Below, one piece after another: positions 55,059 through 64,000 of a stretch of DNA of 64,000 bases. Every line of letters begins with the position of its first letter. Within the stretch, counting starts at the first letter, position 1. Below the pieces are notes generated by a model. That model saw only the letters and a program-made list of their open reading frames with translations, made no database searches and had not been told where the DNA came from. This DNA comes from Candidatus Pacearchaeota archaeon (GTDB lineage: Archaea > Nanobdellota > Nanobdellia > Pacearchaeales > GW2011-AR1): the NCBI GenBank assembly GCA_050124795.1, contig JASFEO010000003.1, positions 5,605-69,604 on the forward strand, given 5' to 3'. Both the position numbers and the translations under genes were made by a program.

Positions 55059-55709
55059 ATGAAGAGATTAATTTTAATTTTATTTTTGATATTATTTTTT
55101 TCAGTTATAACTGCAGAAGAAGTTTCTATTTCAAGGGATTTATCTAATCTCAAAGTTAATGAAACATTTGAAGTTGTTTTGGAAATAAATGTTTCCGGAA
55201 ATTTGCTTGCTGTTGGAATTGAAGAATATGCTCCGGAAAATGCAACAATAATAAACTCATCTGCTGAAAATTTTAGGATTAATAAAAGCAAAATTGAGTT
55301 TTTGTTATTTGATTTTAACGATTCTGTTCAAAGTCAAAATATAAGTTACTTTGTTTTGTTAAATTCTTCAAATACTAATTTTACAGAGAATCATGAAGTT
55401 ATGATTATTGGAGAACCAACAGATAATCCTTCCGAGGAGGATAATCTGGAACCTTCGGGAGGTTCTTCATCAGGCAGTGGAGGTTCTACTTCAACAAACT
55501 CCGGAGAAAATCAAACCCAAAATGATTCATTAGCAAACAATATAACTATTTTAAATAATATTAATAATCTTGGTTTAGAAGAGGGGCAAATTGAAGAGAC
55601 TGTAAAGGAAGTTTCTAAAAAGATGTTTAATAAAAATAATTTTGTTTATATCGGAGTTCTACTTTTTATAGGGGTTTTCTTTTTTATAAGCAATCTAAAG
55701 AAGAGTTAA
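55059..55709 (+). CDS. Secreted surface protein: signal peptide, many N-x-S/T sequons, Ser/Gly-rich linker, C-terminal TM anchor
   Basis: MKRLILILFLILFFSVITA; >10 N-x-[ST] sites; SGGSSSGSGGSTSTNSG; C-term FVYIGVLLFIGVFFFISNLKKS. Confidence 0.55.
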   Translation: MKRLILILFLILFFSVITAEEVSISRDLSNLKVNETFEVVLEINVSGNLLAVGIEEYAPENATIINSSAENFRINKSKIEFLLFDFNDSVQSQNISYFVLLNSSNTNFTENHEVMIIGEPTDNPSEEDNLEPSGGSSSGSGGSTSTNSGENQTQNDSLANNITILNNINNLGLEEGQIEETVKEVSKKMFNKNNFVYIGVLLFIGVFFFISNLKKS

Positions 55710-57166
55710 TTATAACTCGGCATGCCATGAGCTTTTTTGTAAATATTAAAAAGTAAAAATGCTTTTTTTTCTGCGTCTTCAATTGCTTTTTTCCGAATGT
55801 AATTTTTTTCTTCCCATGTTTCAGGCGCTATTTTTTTATCTTTTTTCTCTTTCTCTTTTTTTGGTTTATCACTTTTTTCATAATGCCCAATTAAAGCTAA
55901 AAAAGGGTTAGCGCCACTATCAGATTTCTTTTTTTCTTTTTTCTTTTTTTCCTTTTCCTCTAAAAAATCATTAATTTCTTTTTGCAAAACATCCAGGCTT
56001 TCTGTTGTTGTGCCCTCAATTAATTTCAGTGCATCTCCGACATCAGACTTGCCCAACTCTTCATTAAGTTTATCTAATTCATCAGAATTTAATGCATAAG
56101 CGCTGAATGTTATTTCTGCTCTGCCTCCAAATGCATAATGCTGCTGCTGAGCAACTCTCTGCGGGATCCCCCTGAAACGAAAATCAACCAAAACACATGA
56201 AAAATAATCTCTTTTTAATTTTAATTTTGCAAAATGCGCAGGAAAATTTCCAGCTAAAGCCTCTTCATCAACTTTAATTTTATTTTTTCCAAAGATACTT
56301 AATTCTAAAATTATTGTATTAAAAGTTTTCACAAGCGCCGCCTCTCTTCCCCCTTCCTTCATTTCCAAACTTTGCGCAGCTTTCAAATACGGCTTTGCCC
56401 AACGCGAATAAAGTTTCAAACTATTCACCTGACTTTTCAAATAAGTTTTTTCCAAATTATATCTTTTTTTTAATTCTCCTTCTGAATGTTCCAGCCAGGT
56501 ATTAAATTCCAAAATCCTTGCTCTCAAAATTCTTTTAACTCTGTCGTTCAAATCAATTTCATTTCCTTTTGAGTCTTTTAATTTTTCATCTCTAACTGCT
56601 AAGAACGCATCCCGCAAAGTTTGAAAACCTAACTGACCTGTTGCCATTGCATGAATACTTCCCTGTCCTCTGCCAATATCAACTTTGTCAAGCCAGATTT
56701 GTTTTAAACTTAACCTCGCTGCCTCGCTTGTTGCTTTATCCTTGGAATGAAAATCATTATAAATTGCAAGCCTTGTTCTGAAATCCTTTAAGTCATAAAT
56801 AATATTCAAAACACTTCTTAAAATTGTGTTAATATCCCCCATAACCTTGAAACCCTGCTGCTGCATAACTGCTGATCTTTGACCGAGTTCAGAAAAATGA
56901 CCTGAACCTGGCGACGACGTAAAATTATCAAGAAGTTTTTCTGTGCCCATTCCAAAATCATTCATTAAATCCAAAATAAAAAAATAAACCGGCTCCAACT
57001 GCTCTGTTGCAGAATCATAAACCAACTTATGCTCAACCAAAGGTTTTGCTTTTATTTTCTCAGGAGGGATTTTTTCATATGAACCATATTCCTCAAGCAG
57101 GTCCTTTCCATTTTCAGAATAAGAAAAATTAACTTTCCCAATCATTTGCTGAATTGTCGCCACCAT
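55706..57166 (-). CDS. Hypothetical protein (486 aa) with K/E-rich segment near C-terminus
   Basis: ORF track; no recognised motif. Confidence 0.5.
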   Translation of the reverse strand: MVATIQQMIGKVNFSYSENGKDLLEEYGSYEKIPPEKIKAKPLVEHKLVYDSATEQLEPVYFFILDLMNDFGMGTEKLLDNFTSSPGSGHFSELGQRSAVMQQQGFKVMGDINTILRSVLNIIYDLKDFRTRLAIYNDFHSKDKATSEAARLSLKQIWLDKVDIGRGQGSIHAMATGQLGFQTLRDAFLAVRDEKLKDSKGNEIDLNDRVKRILRARILEFNTWLEHSEGELKKRYNLEKTYLKSQVNSLKLYSRWAKPYLKAAQSLEMKEGGREAALVKTFNTIILELSIFGKNKIKVDEEALAGNFPAHFAKLKLKRDYFSCVLVDFRFRGIPQRVAQQQHYAFGGRAEITFSAYALNSDELDKLNEELGKSDVGDALKLIEGTTTESLDVLQKEINDFLEEKEKKKKEKKKSDSGANPFLALIGHYEKSDKPKKEKEKKDKKIAPETWEEKNYIRKKAIEDAEKKAFLLFNIYKKAHGMPSYN

Positions 57167-57288
57167 TTTTATAATAAACTAAAGTAAAGAGTCTTTAAAA
57201 AATGTTTTGTGGATTTTAATAATAGAAACCTTGGGCTTATCCTTTTTGAGTAGAAAAATGAATTTGTTGAAGATGAATTTTTGTGGGA

Positions 57289-57537
57289 TTATTTTACTTT
57301 AATCATTTCAGGGATAAAACTCCTAATTTCATAGGAAGTTTCCCATATTGTTTTTGAACCAAATTCTTGTGAGACCTCTTCTTTAGTGATGCATCCAAGG
57401 TCTGTTCCTTTTTCCTTATAATAATCATAAATAACTCTTAAAGAGTTGATAGTTCCTTCGGGTAGAATATATCTTCCAAGAACTTCACTTGACCTATCAC
57501 CGGGATTAGACCCATGAATTCTTAGAACTTCATACAC
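57289..57537 (-). CDS. Hypothetical protein (82 aa)
   Basis: ORF track. Confidence 0.3.
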   Translation of the reverse strand: MYEVLRIHGSNPGDRSSEVLGRYILPEGTINSLRVIYDYYKEKGTDLGCITKEEVSQEFGSKTIWETSYEIRSFIPEMIKVK

Positions 57538-57657
57538 TTCACATCTTTTAGTTTCTTTTCCTAAAAATTCTTCTCTTGTCTTTAATCTTTCTTGGTAATT
57601 TTTCTCTATATATAAATTTTATTGTGATTGAATTTTTAATCATAAAATATCTAAGAA

Positions 57658-57918
57658 CTAATCATAAACTCTTTCGCGTTTGTCAATCTTTACTACAACA
57701 ATCAAATTATTTTCATAATTGATTCTGTAAAGGATTCTATATTTTCCAATCCTTATTCTAAAAGTCGGCTCCTTATGGCCTTTCATTCTTTTGGCATTGG
57801 ATGGAACAGGATTTTCTTTTAATCTCTCAAGGCAATTGAAGATTCTTAACAATAAATTTTTGTCTAATCTTTTAAGAAATTTTTCAGGTTGATTCTCATA
57901 ATCTATATTGAGTTTCAT
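57658..57918 (-). CDS. RelE/ParE-family toxin (86 aa)
   Basis: NIDYENQPEKFLKRLDKNLLLRIFNCLERLKENP...RIRIGKYRILYRINYENNLIVVVKIDKRERVY fits RelE pattern. Confidence 0.6.
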   Translation of the reverse strand: MKLNIDYENQPEKFLKRLDKNLLLRIFNCLERLKENPVPSNAKRMKGHKEPTFRIRIGKYRILYRINYENNLIVVVKIDKRERVYD

Positions 57919-58160
57919 AATCCTAACTCTTTCTTTAATTCCTCGTGAGAAATTAGTTTTCCTTCTTTTTCATTAACTAAACTTTCATCAATCATCCGGA
58001 TTTCTTCATCTGTTAAAACATCATCGTCTTCATCAACCATATTTCTCTTGATAAAATCAACATCTGCCTGAAGTTTCGCCAACCTTGCGAGAATTTCATT
58101 ATTGCCAATTTGCATTTCCATGGATTTATTTAATTTCCCAATTTTATAAAACTTTTGCAT
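57915..58160 (-). CDS. Putative antitoxin (81 aa) paired with RelE-like toxin
   Basis: 4-nt overlap with toxin gene; acidic C-terminus. Confidence 0.45.
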   Translation of the reverse strand: MQKFYKIGKLNKSMEMQIGNNEILARLAKLQADVDFIKRNMVDEDDDVLTDEEIRMIDESLVNEKEGKLISHEELKKELGL

Positions 58161-58200
58161 TTTATTTAGAATTTATTTATTTGCTTTTTTAACCCTCATC

Positions 58201-58626
58201 TTGAAACAACAAATTATAAAAAGAAAAATTCATTCTGATTTTATGGCATTGTTTAAGTCAAAGAGAAATAATGTTCTCGATTTAACTGAGCGTTACAAAA
58301 GGCAGCAGGAAAAACTTGCTGAACTCAAGGCTGAAAGAGAAGAAGCAATTGCAGAACAAGGTTCTCAGGAAAGTTTGCCTTCCCAAAGTTCAGGAGGATT
58401 TTTTAGTTTTTTTGATAGTTCTTCAAATGCAGTAACTTCCTCTTCAACTGCGCAAACAGAATCAAATGAACCTGTTGATTTAGAAAGTGCAGAAGATAGA
58501 AAAAAGAAACTCGCAAAAAGACTTCTTGATATTACAAATAAGTTAGAAGAAATAAGCAATCAAATTTATCATCTGCAGCAAAGACTTGAAGTTGTTGAAA
58601 GAAAAGCCGGTGTTAATAATTTTTAA
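58201..58626 (+). CDS. Hypothetical coiled-coil protein (141 aa)
   Basis: ORF track. Confidence 0.35.
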   Translation: MKQQIIKRKIHSDFMALFKSKRNNVLDLTERYKRQQEKLAELKAEREEAIAEQGSQESLPSQSSGGFFSFFDSSSNAVTSSSTAQTESNEPVDLESAEDRKKKLAKRLLDITNKLEEISNQIYHLQQRLEVVERKAGVNNF

Positions 58627-58668
58627 TTTTAAATAAGTTTATTAATAAGGGGTTCTTTAGAGAGTAAA

Positions 58669-59541
58669 ATGAAATTCTCACACATTTCAATAATGCCAAA
58701 TGAAGTTCTTGAAGCTTTTTCAGATTTAAAAAAAGAAAGTATAATCGTCGATGGAACTCTTGGAAAGGGAGGGCATTCAAAACTTCTTCTTGAAAGGGGA
58801 TTTCATATTATTGGGACGGATAGAGATAAAGATGCAATTGAAGAAGTTAAAAAAAACTTGAAAAATAAAAATATAAAAATCTTCCATGACAATTTTTCAG
58901 ATATCAAAAAAGTTTTAAAAAAAACAAAAGTGAATTTAGTCTCTGGAATTTTGCTTGATCTTGGAGTCTCAACTTATCAACTGGAAAACAAGGAAAGGGG
59001 ATTTGGATTTGCTGGAAAACTTGACATGAGAATGAATCAACAACAAAAAACAACTGCAGAAGAAATTGTGAATGATTATGATGAAAAAACTCTTTCCAGG
59101 ATTTTTAAAAAATACGGCGAGAAAGTTTACTATAAAGAAATAGCAAAGAATATTATCAAAAAAAGAAAAGAAAAAAGAATAACTTCTGGTGAGGAATTAG
59201 TTGAAGTAATAAAGATGAGCATGCCCCATAGATATAGAAAAACAAGAAAACATCATTGGGCAACTCCGGTTTTTCGGGCCTTGCGAATTGAAGTAAATCG
59301 CGATTTTGAAAATCTTGAAAAATTTCTTAATGATTTTAAAGACTGCTTAGAATCGGGGGGGATTTTGTGCATTATAACTTTTCATTCACTTGAAGAAAGA
59401 ATAATTAAAACAAAGATAAAATTATTAAAGAAGCAAGGAGTAAGATTAGTAACTAAAAAAGGAATTATCGCAACTGAACAGGAAATTAGAAAAAATCCTA
59501 AGGCTAAGAGAGCTAAGTTGTGGATAGCAATCAAAAAATGA
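58669..59541 (+). CDS. rsmH: 16S rRNA (cytosine-N4)-methyltransferase RsmH/MraW family
   Basis: HISIMPNEVLEAF...IIVDGTLGKGGHSKLLLER...GTDRDKDAIE; ...ATPVFRALRIEVNRDFENLEKFL. Confidence 0.82.
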   Translation: MKFSHISIMPNEVLEAFSDLKKESIIVDGTLGKGGHSKLLLERGFHIIGTDRDKDAIEEVKKNLKNKNIKIFHDNFSDIKKVLKKTKVNLVSGILLDLGVSTYQLENKERGFGFAGKLDMRMNQQQKTTAEEIVNDYDEKTLSRIFKKYGEKVYYKEIAKNIIKKRKEKRITSGEELVEVIKMSMPHRYRKTRKHHWATPVFRALRIEVNRDFENLEKFLNDFKDCLESGGILCIITFHSLEERIIKTKIKLLKKQGVRLVTKKGIIATEQEIRKNPKAKRAKLWIAIKK

Positions 59542-60734
59542 AAAACTTAAATAAAAAAGCTCGTGCATATGCACTAAAAAATGCAATTAGTTATGGCGGC
59601 AAAGCAAATCAAGGAGCAGTAGTTTCAGGATTGTTTAATGAAGGAATGAAAAAAGACGAAGTTAAAAAATACATTAGAGAAATTTCTGAAGTTGTAAAAA
59701 AAGTTAATTCATTATCAGTTGATAAACAAAAAAAAGAATTTGAAAAATTAAAAAACTTGGTTGGAAAAAGACCTGAGCGAGAGGGTTTGCCAGAACTACC
59801 AAATGTAAAAAAGTCGGGGGTTGTAATGCGTTTTAGTCCTGCACCGTCAGGAAGACTTCATATCGGAGGAGTGAGAACAGCTGCGCTTTCTTATTTATAT
59901 GTAAAAAAATATGGAGGGAAATTCTACATAAGGATGGATGACAGCGACCCTGCAAAAGTGAATCAGGAATCTTATGATTATATAAAAGAAGAATTAAAAT
60001 GGCTTTTTGGCAATTCTTTTGAAATAATTATTATCTCCGACAGATTAAAACTCTATTATAAATATGCAGAAAAATTAATTAAAAAAAATTCAGCTTATGT
60101 CTGCACCTGCTCAGGCGAGGATTTTAGAGAACTTGCAAAAGAAAAAAAAGAATGCCCCTGCAGAAATAATAGTGTGGGAGAAAATCTCAAAAGATGGAAA
60201 AAGATGCTTGACAAAAAAGGATACAAAGAAGGGGGGGCAGTGCTACGTTTTAAATCAGACATGAAACATAAAAATCCCGCGATGAGAGATTTTCCCTTGG
60301 CGAGAATTAATCTGACTTCTCACCCGATTCAAAAAAATAAATTTAGGGTTTGGCCTTTGATGAATCTTATTGTCAGTGTTGATGATATTGAATTAAAAAT
60401 GACGCACATTATAAGGGGGAAAGATCACAAAGATAATGCAGAACGACAAAAAATGATATTTGAAGTCTTGGGCAGAAAATTTCCCTGGACGAGTTTTATT
60501 GGCAGATATAAATTTAAAGGTGTTGATTTATCAAAAAGAAAAATAACTCAGGGGATTAAAGAAGGAAAATATTCAGGCTGGGATGATGAAAAACTTTTAA
60601 CTGTTGCCTCATTAAAAAAGAAATATTCGCCAGAAGTTTTTTTAAAATTCACAGAACATATGGGGATAAGTGAAGTCGATAGAATTTTTGACAGAAAAGA
60701 ATTTCTTAGATTGCTGGATACATTTAAAGAATAA
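59538..60734 (+). CDS. Class I glutamyl-tRNA-synthetase-family catalytic core with N-terminal GatB/YqeY-like region; lacks the usual ~200 aa anticodon-binding C-terminus
   Basis: VVMRFSPAPSGRLHIGGVRTAALSYLYVKKYGGKFYIRMDDSDP (HIGH region), ...KFKGVDLSKRK (KMSKS-like), ends ~60 aa later; ATGA overlap with rsmH. Confidence 0.7.
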   Translation: MKNLNKKARAYALKNAISYGGKANQGAVVSGLFNEGMKKDEVKKYIREISEVVKKVNSLSVDKQKKEFEKLKNLVGKRPEREGLPELPNVKKSGVVMRFSPAPSGRLHIGGVRTAALSYLYVKKYGGKFYIRMDDSDPAKVNQESYDYIKEELKWLFGNSFEIIIISDRLKLYYKYAEKLIKKNSAYVCTCSGEDFRELAKEKKECPCRNNSVGENLKRWKKMLDKKGYKEGGAVLRFKSDMKHKNPAMRDFPLARINLTSHPIQKNKFRVWPLMNLIVSVDDIELKMTHIIRGKDHKDNAERQKMIFEVLGRKFPWTSFIGRYKFKGVDLSKRKITQGIKEGKYSGWDDEKLLTVASLKKKYSPEVFLKFTEHMGISEVDRIFDRKEFLRLLDTFKE

Positions 60735-60838
60735 AGAAAGTTTTTGATTCTTAATAAATATAATAAATAACCTCTGAACAAAAAAGTTTTTAAAGAAGTT
60801 TTGTTTAATTAAATTATAACATTCAAAAGGAGGTTAAG

Positions 60839-61288
60839 ATGATAAAAAATAAGAAGGCATTGTCGACTGTTGTGACAACTTTGATAATTATTCTTTTGGT
60901 GCTCGTCGCTATCGGGATAATCTGGGTGGTTATTAGTAATGTTGTAACAGAGGGTTCTCAAAATGTTGATTATGCAACAAAATGTTTTAGTATAGATGTA
61001 AAGGCTACTACAGTTGCATGCTCCGGGCCGACTTTATGCAATGTAACCTTAAAAAGAGGAGCAGAAGGAGATGATATTGCAGGTATAAAATTTGTATTTA
61101 GCAATTCTACAACTGGTTCAAGTGATGTTATTGATTATCCAAATAATGTGGCTCCATTGCAGACAATTACAGTGCCAATAACAATAACGGGTTTAACAAG
61201 CAATCCTGACAAGGTTGAAGTAACTGCTTACTTCGCAGATGACATGGGAGAAGAAAGACCCTGCACAACATATCCATTTAGTTTTTAA
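60839..61288 (+). CDS. Archaeal type IV pilin-like protein (class III signal peptide)
   Basis: MIKNKKALSTVVTTLIIILLVLVAIGIIWVV (KK-A/G-hS + hydrophobic stretch); SD AAAGGAGGT upstream. Confidence 0.55.
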   Translation: MIKNKKALSTVVTTLIIILLVLVAIGIIWVVISNVVTEGSQNVDYATKCFSIDVKATTVACSGPTLCNVTLKRGAEGDDIAGIKFVFSNSTTGSSDVIDYPNNVAPLQTITVPITITGLTSNPDKVEVTAYFADDMGEERPCTTYPFSF

Positions 61289-61324
61289 TTAATTTTTATT
61301 TTTCTATTTCTTTAATTTTTATTT

Positions 61325-62506
61325 TTAAGAATTATTTTTTATAATATAGACTTCGTCATTTTTTCTTAGTCTTGAAATTTTTATTCCAACTTCATCTCCT
61401 TTTTTCCCTGAGTTGACTTTTTTATTTTTTATTTCTATTGAATTAATTTTTGAATTTTTAATTCCTGTTGTTTTTCCTATCACAATTATTTTATCTTTTA
61501 TTTTTAGGGGGGAAACAAGTTTTATTGTTGCGACTTTTGCTTTTGGATAATAATGAGTTACTTTTCCTACAAAGTGTTTTTTTTCTTTTGTTGCACTGTG
61601 CTCTACTCGTGAGAAATCGTCTGATGTCGGAAGACCAAAATAAAATCCAGATGAGAAACCCCGATGATAAACTTTTTTTAATTCTTCAATTGATTTTTTG
61701 ATTTCTTTTTTTGAAAGTTTTTTGTCAAGTGCCATTCTATAAATTTTTACAACTGTATCAACATATCTTGCATCGCGATTTCTTCCTTCAATTTTAAATC
61801 CTTTTATCCCGGATGATTTTAATTTTTCAATAAATGGCAAGGTGCATAAATCTTTTGCAGACATAACTTTGTCATTATTTATTTTAAGTTCATATCCTTC
61901 CTGCTTGTCTTTTACAATGTAACTTCTTCTGCACGGCTGGATACATTTTCCTCTGTTAGCAGAATGGTTAAATAAAAATTGTGAAGTGAAACAACGTCCC
62001 GAAATAGCAACGCACATCGCGCCGTGGGCAAAAACTTCCACATCAATTATTTTTGAAATTTTTTTTATTTGCAATAAACTCAATTCTCTTGCAAGAACAA
62101 TTCTTTTTGCCCCGAGGTTTTTGTAAAATTTTGCAGTTTCAATATTTGCAACTGAGGCCTGGGTAGAAATAAAAAAAGGAATTTTATATTTTTTGCATAA
62201 ATTAACTATTGAGAAGTCCCAGCAGATTATTGCGTCTATTTTTTCTTTTACTTTTTTAATTATATTTTCAATCTTCTTTATTTCGTCGTCATAAATTATT
62301 GTATTAAGTGTTAAATATTTTTTTACTTTTTTCTTTTTACAAATTTTATTGATTTTATCTAAGTCTTTGATTGTGAAATTTTTTGCGTTTTTGCGCATTG
62401 AAAATTCTTTTAATCCAAAATAAACTGCATCTGCATCTGCGTTAACTGCTGCAACTAAGGTGGGGAAACTTCCTGCAGGGGCTAATAATTCAAATTTATT
62501 TTTCAT
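61325..62506 (-). CDS. Peptidase U32 family protein (collagenase-like; TrhP/RlhA-type RNA modification enzyme family)
   Basis: MKNKFELLAPAGSFPTLVAAVNADADAVYFGLKEFSMRKNAKNF... AIICWDFS. Confidence 0.82.
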   Translation of the reverse strand: MKNKFELLAPAGSFPTLVAAVNADADAVYFGLKEFSMRKNAKNFTIKDLDKINKICKKKKVKKYLTLNTIIYDDEIKKIENIIKKVKEKIDAIICWDFSIVNLCKKYKIPFFISTQASVANIETAKFYKNLGAKRIVLARELSLLQIKKISKIIDVEVFAHGAMCVAISGRCFTSQFLFNHSANRGKCIQPCRRSYIVKDKQEGYELKINNDKVMSAKDLCTLPFIEKLKSSGIKGFKIEGRNRDARYVDTVVKIYRMALDKKLSKKEIKKSIEELKKVYHRGFSSGFYFGLPTSDDFSRVEHSATKEKKHFVGKVTHYYPKAKVATIKLVSPLKIKDKIIVIGKTTGIKNSKINSIEIKNKKVNSGKKGDEVGIKISRLRKNDEVYIIKNNS

Positions 62507-62579
62507 TTTAAAATTTTAAAAGATTTGTAACAGATGATTCTCATAAAAAGAAATATGAATTTTGGTTTTTAAGTTTTTA

Positions 62580-62846
62580 TTAGTAATTTTTTATCGCGGA
62601 AATAAGGCCTGCTGCTGAAAATCCTGCTGAAGCAAGATACATAAGCACATTTTCTGTTATGTTATATCCCGCCACATTAATATAATCCGGCAGGGGGGTG
62701 TCAATGTTTATTCCTGATATAATGCCAAGAACTCCAATTGCAGTAAGTGTAAACCATGATGTTGAATAAAACGGAATCTGAGAATTATCATTAAGGGTAG
62801 GTTGGTTTCTTGAAGTTTGTTCAAGTAAATTTATTTTCCTTGGCAT
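62580..62846 (-). CDS. Small membrane protein (88 aa)
   Basis: ORF track; hydrophobic. Confidence 0.35.
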   Translation of the reverse strand: MPRKINLLEQTSRNQPTLNDNSQIPFYSTSWFTLTAIGVLGIISGINIDTPLPDYINVAGYNITENVLMYLASAGFSAAGLISAIKNY

Positions 62847-62910
62847 TTTATGACTACCCGGGGGGTATTATGTTTAAAAGTCTTTGCATTGCTAATGAAT
62901 TCTGAATAAA

Positions 62911-63321
62911 ATGAAGTTAGTTAAAAAGATTTATAAGTTAATTTTTTGGAATAAATTTATGGATAAAGAAGAATATTATGAAATAGTTAAAGATTTGAGA
63001 TACAATTATAGTGGAGGGTCCCAATCTGCAGGTGAAGTGGGCGGACTGAAGATGAAAATTAGAAAAGCATTGTTTCAGGCAGTAGAAGGAGTTTTGGTTA
63101 AGGGAGTGGATAATGGATTTTTGCCAGAGGAAAAATATTCAGGAGAACTTCATAAGTTTAATAACCGGGTTAGGGAAACAAAGTTTTATCGTGGAAACCC
63201 GACAAGAGAAGATATTTATTATGGCAATAAAATTTTAGATGGGATTCTTGCTGAGTTAGAGTTAGGGGAGGTGACTACAAAGACTCCCCCCAGAGATAGA
63301 GGATATTATTTTTCTATATGA
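62911..63321 (+). CDS. Hypothetical protein (136 aa)
   Basis: ORF track. Confidence 0.35.
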   Translation: MKLVKKIYKLIFWNKFMDKEEYYEIVKDLRYNYSGGSQSAGEVGGLKMKIRKALFQAVEGVLVKGVDNGFLPEEKYSGELHKFNNRVRETKFYRGNPTREDIYYGNKILDGILAELELGEVTTKTPPRDRGYYFSI

Positions 63322-64000
63322 TTATTTTCTGATATGAATATCTGTTTGCGGGAAAGGGATTTCTATTTTGTTTTTGTTTAGTGTGTTATAAATTTTTGTG
63401 TTGGCTTCGTCAATTGAGGAGATTCTGTTTTCAAAAGAGTCCACGTAAAAGTAGGCTTTGAAGTTTAGGCTTGAGTCTGCCATTTCTAAAAATCTTACTT
63501 TGATGTCATCGTCTTTTACAATGTGCTTTAGTTTTTTTATTTCTGTTAGGATTAATTTTTTTACTTTTTCAATGTTTGAACCATAGGCAACTCCGAATGG
63601 AACAACGACTCTTGTTTTTGGTTCAGGCAATGCGACATTTTGTATTGTGCTGTCTGCGAGTTTATTGTTTGGGACAATTATTAGTTCGTTATCAAAGGTT
63701 TTTATTCTTGTGCTTCTTAAACCAATCTTGTCAATTTTTCCTTTTGTTTGGGCATCAAGATAAACTAAATCTCCGACTCTGACAGAATGGTCGAGGATAA
63801 TTGCAGCTCCTGAAAAAATATTACTCAATATTGGCTGTAATGCGAGTGCAACTGCAAGACCTGCAATTCCAAGTCCTGCCAAAAGAGGGGTTATTTCAAT
63901 TCCCCATAAATTAAGAATATAAAGAAATGTTATTAGGATTAATGCAATTTGCAAAACACTTTCGAAGAGGGAAATTAAACTGTCGTCGATTCTTGACTTT
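63322..64000 (-). CDS. mscS: Small-conductance mechanosensitive channel MscS family, C-terminal part (N-terminus beyond window end)
   Basis: PLLAGLGIAGLAVALALQPILSNIFSGAAIILDHSVRVGDLVYLDAQTKGKIDKIGLRSTRIKTFDNELIIVPNNKL; frame stays open upstream of the TTG listed by the ORF track through position 64000. Confidence 0.8.
   Translation of the reverse strand, partial: KSRIDDSLISLFESVLQIALILITFLYILNLWGIEITPLLAGLGIAGLAVALALQPILSNIFSGAAIILDHSVRVGDLVYLDAQTKGKIDKIGLRSTRIKTFDNELIIVPNNKLADSTIQNVALPEPKTRVVVPFGVAYGSNIEKVKKLILTEIKKLKHIVKDDDIKVRFLEMADSSLNFKAYFYVDSFENRISSIDEANTKIYNTLNKNKIEIPFPQTDIHIRK

Noticed and set aside
1-64000. Search for a CRISPR array, rRNA genes or transposase/integrase genes
   Set aside because: No regularly spaced direct repeats, no rRNA-like GC-rich long non-coding blocks and no recognisable transposase or integrase motifs were seen. 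The only stable RNA found is the tRNA-Gly. This cannot be excluded without a computational repeat search.

Overview
AT-rich (roughly 25-30% GC in hypothetical genes, 35-45% in conserved genes) archaeal chromosomal fragment. Gene content and compactness suggest a DPANN-type archaeon: Cbf5, aIF2-gamma, diphthine synthase, deoxyhypusine synthase, proteasome alpha, the exosome superoperon (Sdo1-Rrp4-Rrp41-Rrp42), ribosomal proteins eL31, eL39, eS19, eS6, uS2, eL33 and uL16, and a tRNA-Gly(GCC) with no encoded CCA. Protein coding is dense on both strands. Stop-start junctions are often adjacent or overlapping (recurring TAAAATGAC motif). TATA-like boxes sit about 25 nt upstream of start codons, which implies leaderless mRNAs. 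Many conserved proteins carry Lys/Glu-rich low-complexity extensions. Accessory content lies between the core genes: (i) a MntA-like NTase / HepT-HEPN / stand-alone LigD-type 3'-phosphoesterase operon, placed divergently from a gene for a 1008-aa (ORF-track length; about 996 aa from the proposed ATG at 33159) protein with a C-terminal Mre11/calcineurin-like phosphoesterase motif set; (ii) a radical-SAM/SPASM enzyme with a split permease, a NUDIX-wHTH regulator and small Cys-containing membrane peptides next to the tRNA-Gly; (iii) a block at about 46-51.4 kb flanked by two paralogous Pol-beta-type nucleotidyltransferases, containing a TM-anchored SPFH-like protein and a TIM-barrel protein with a roughly 300-aa insertion, both with eukaryote-like low-complexity tails; (iv) two RelE/ParE-type toxin-antitoxin pairs; (v) lineage-specific small ORFs intercalated into the exosome superoperon and a tandem pair of paralogs inside the eS19-eL39-eL31 cluster. 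No rRNA, CRISPR array or clear transposase was seen. All calls are from reading translated ORFs and motifs by eye; no database searches were run.
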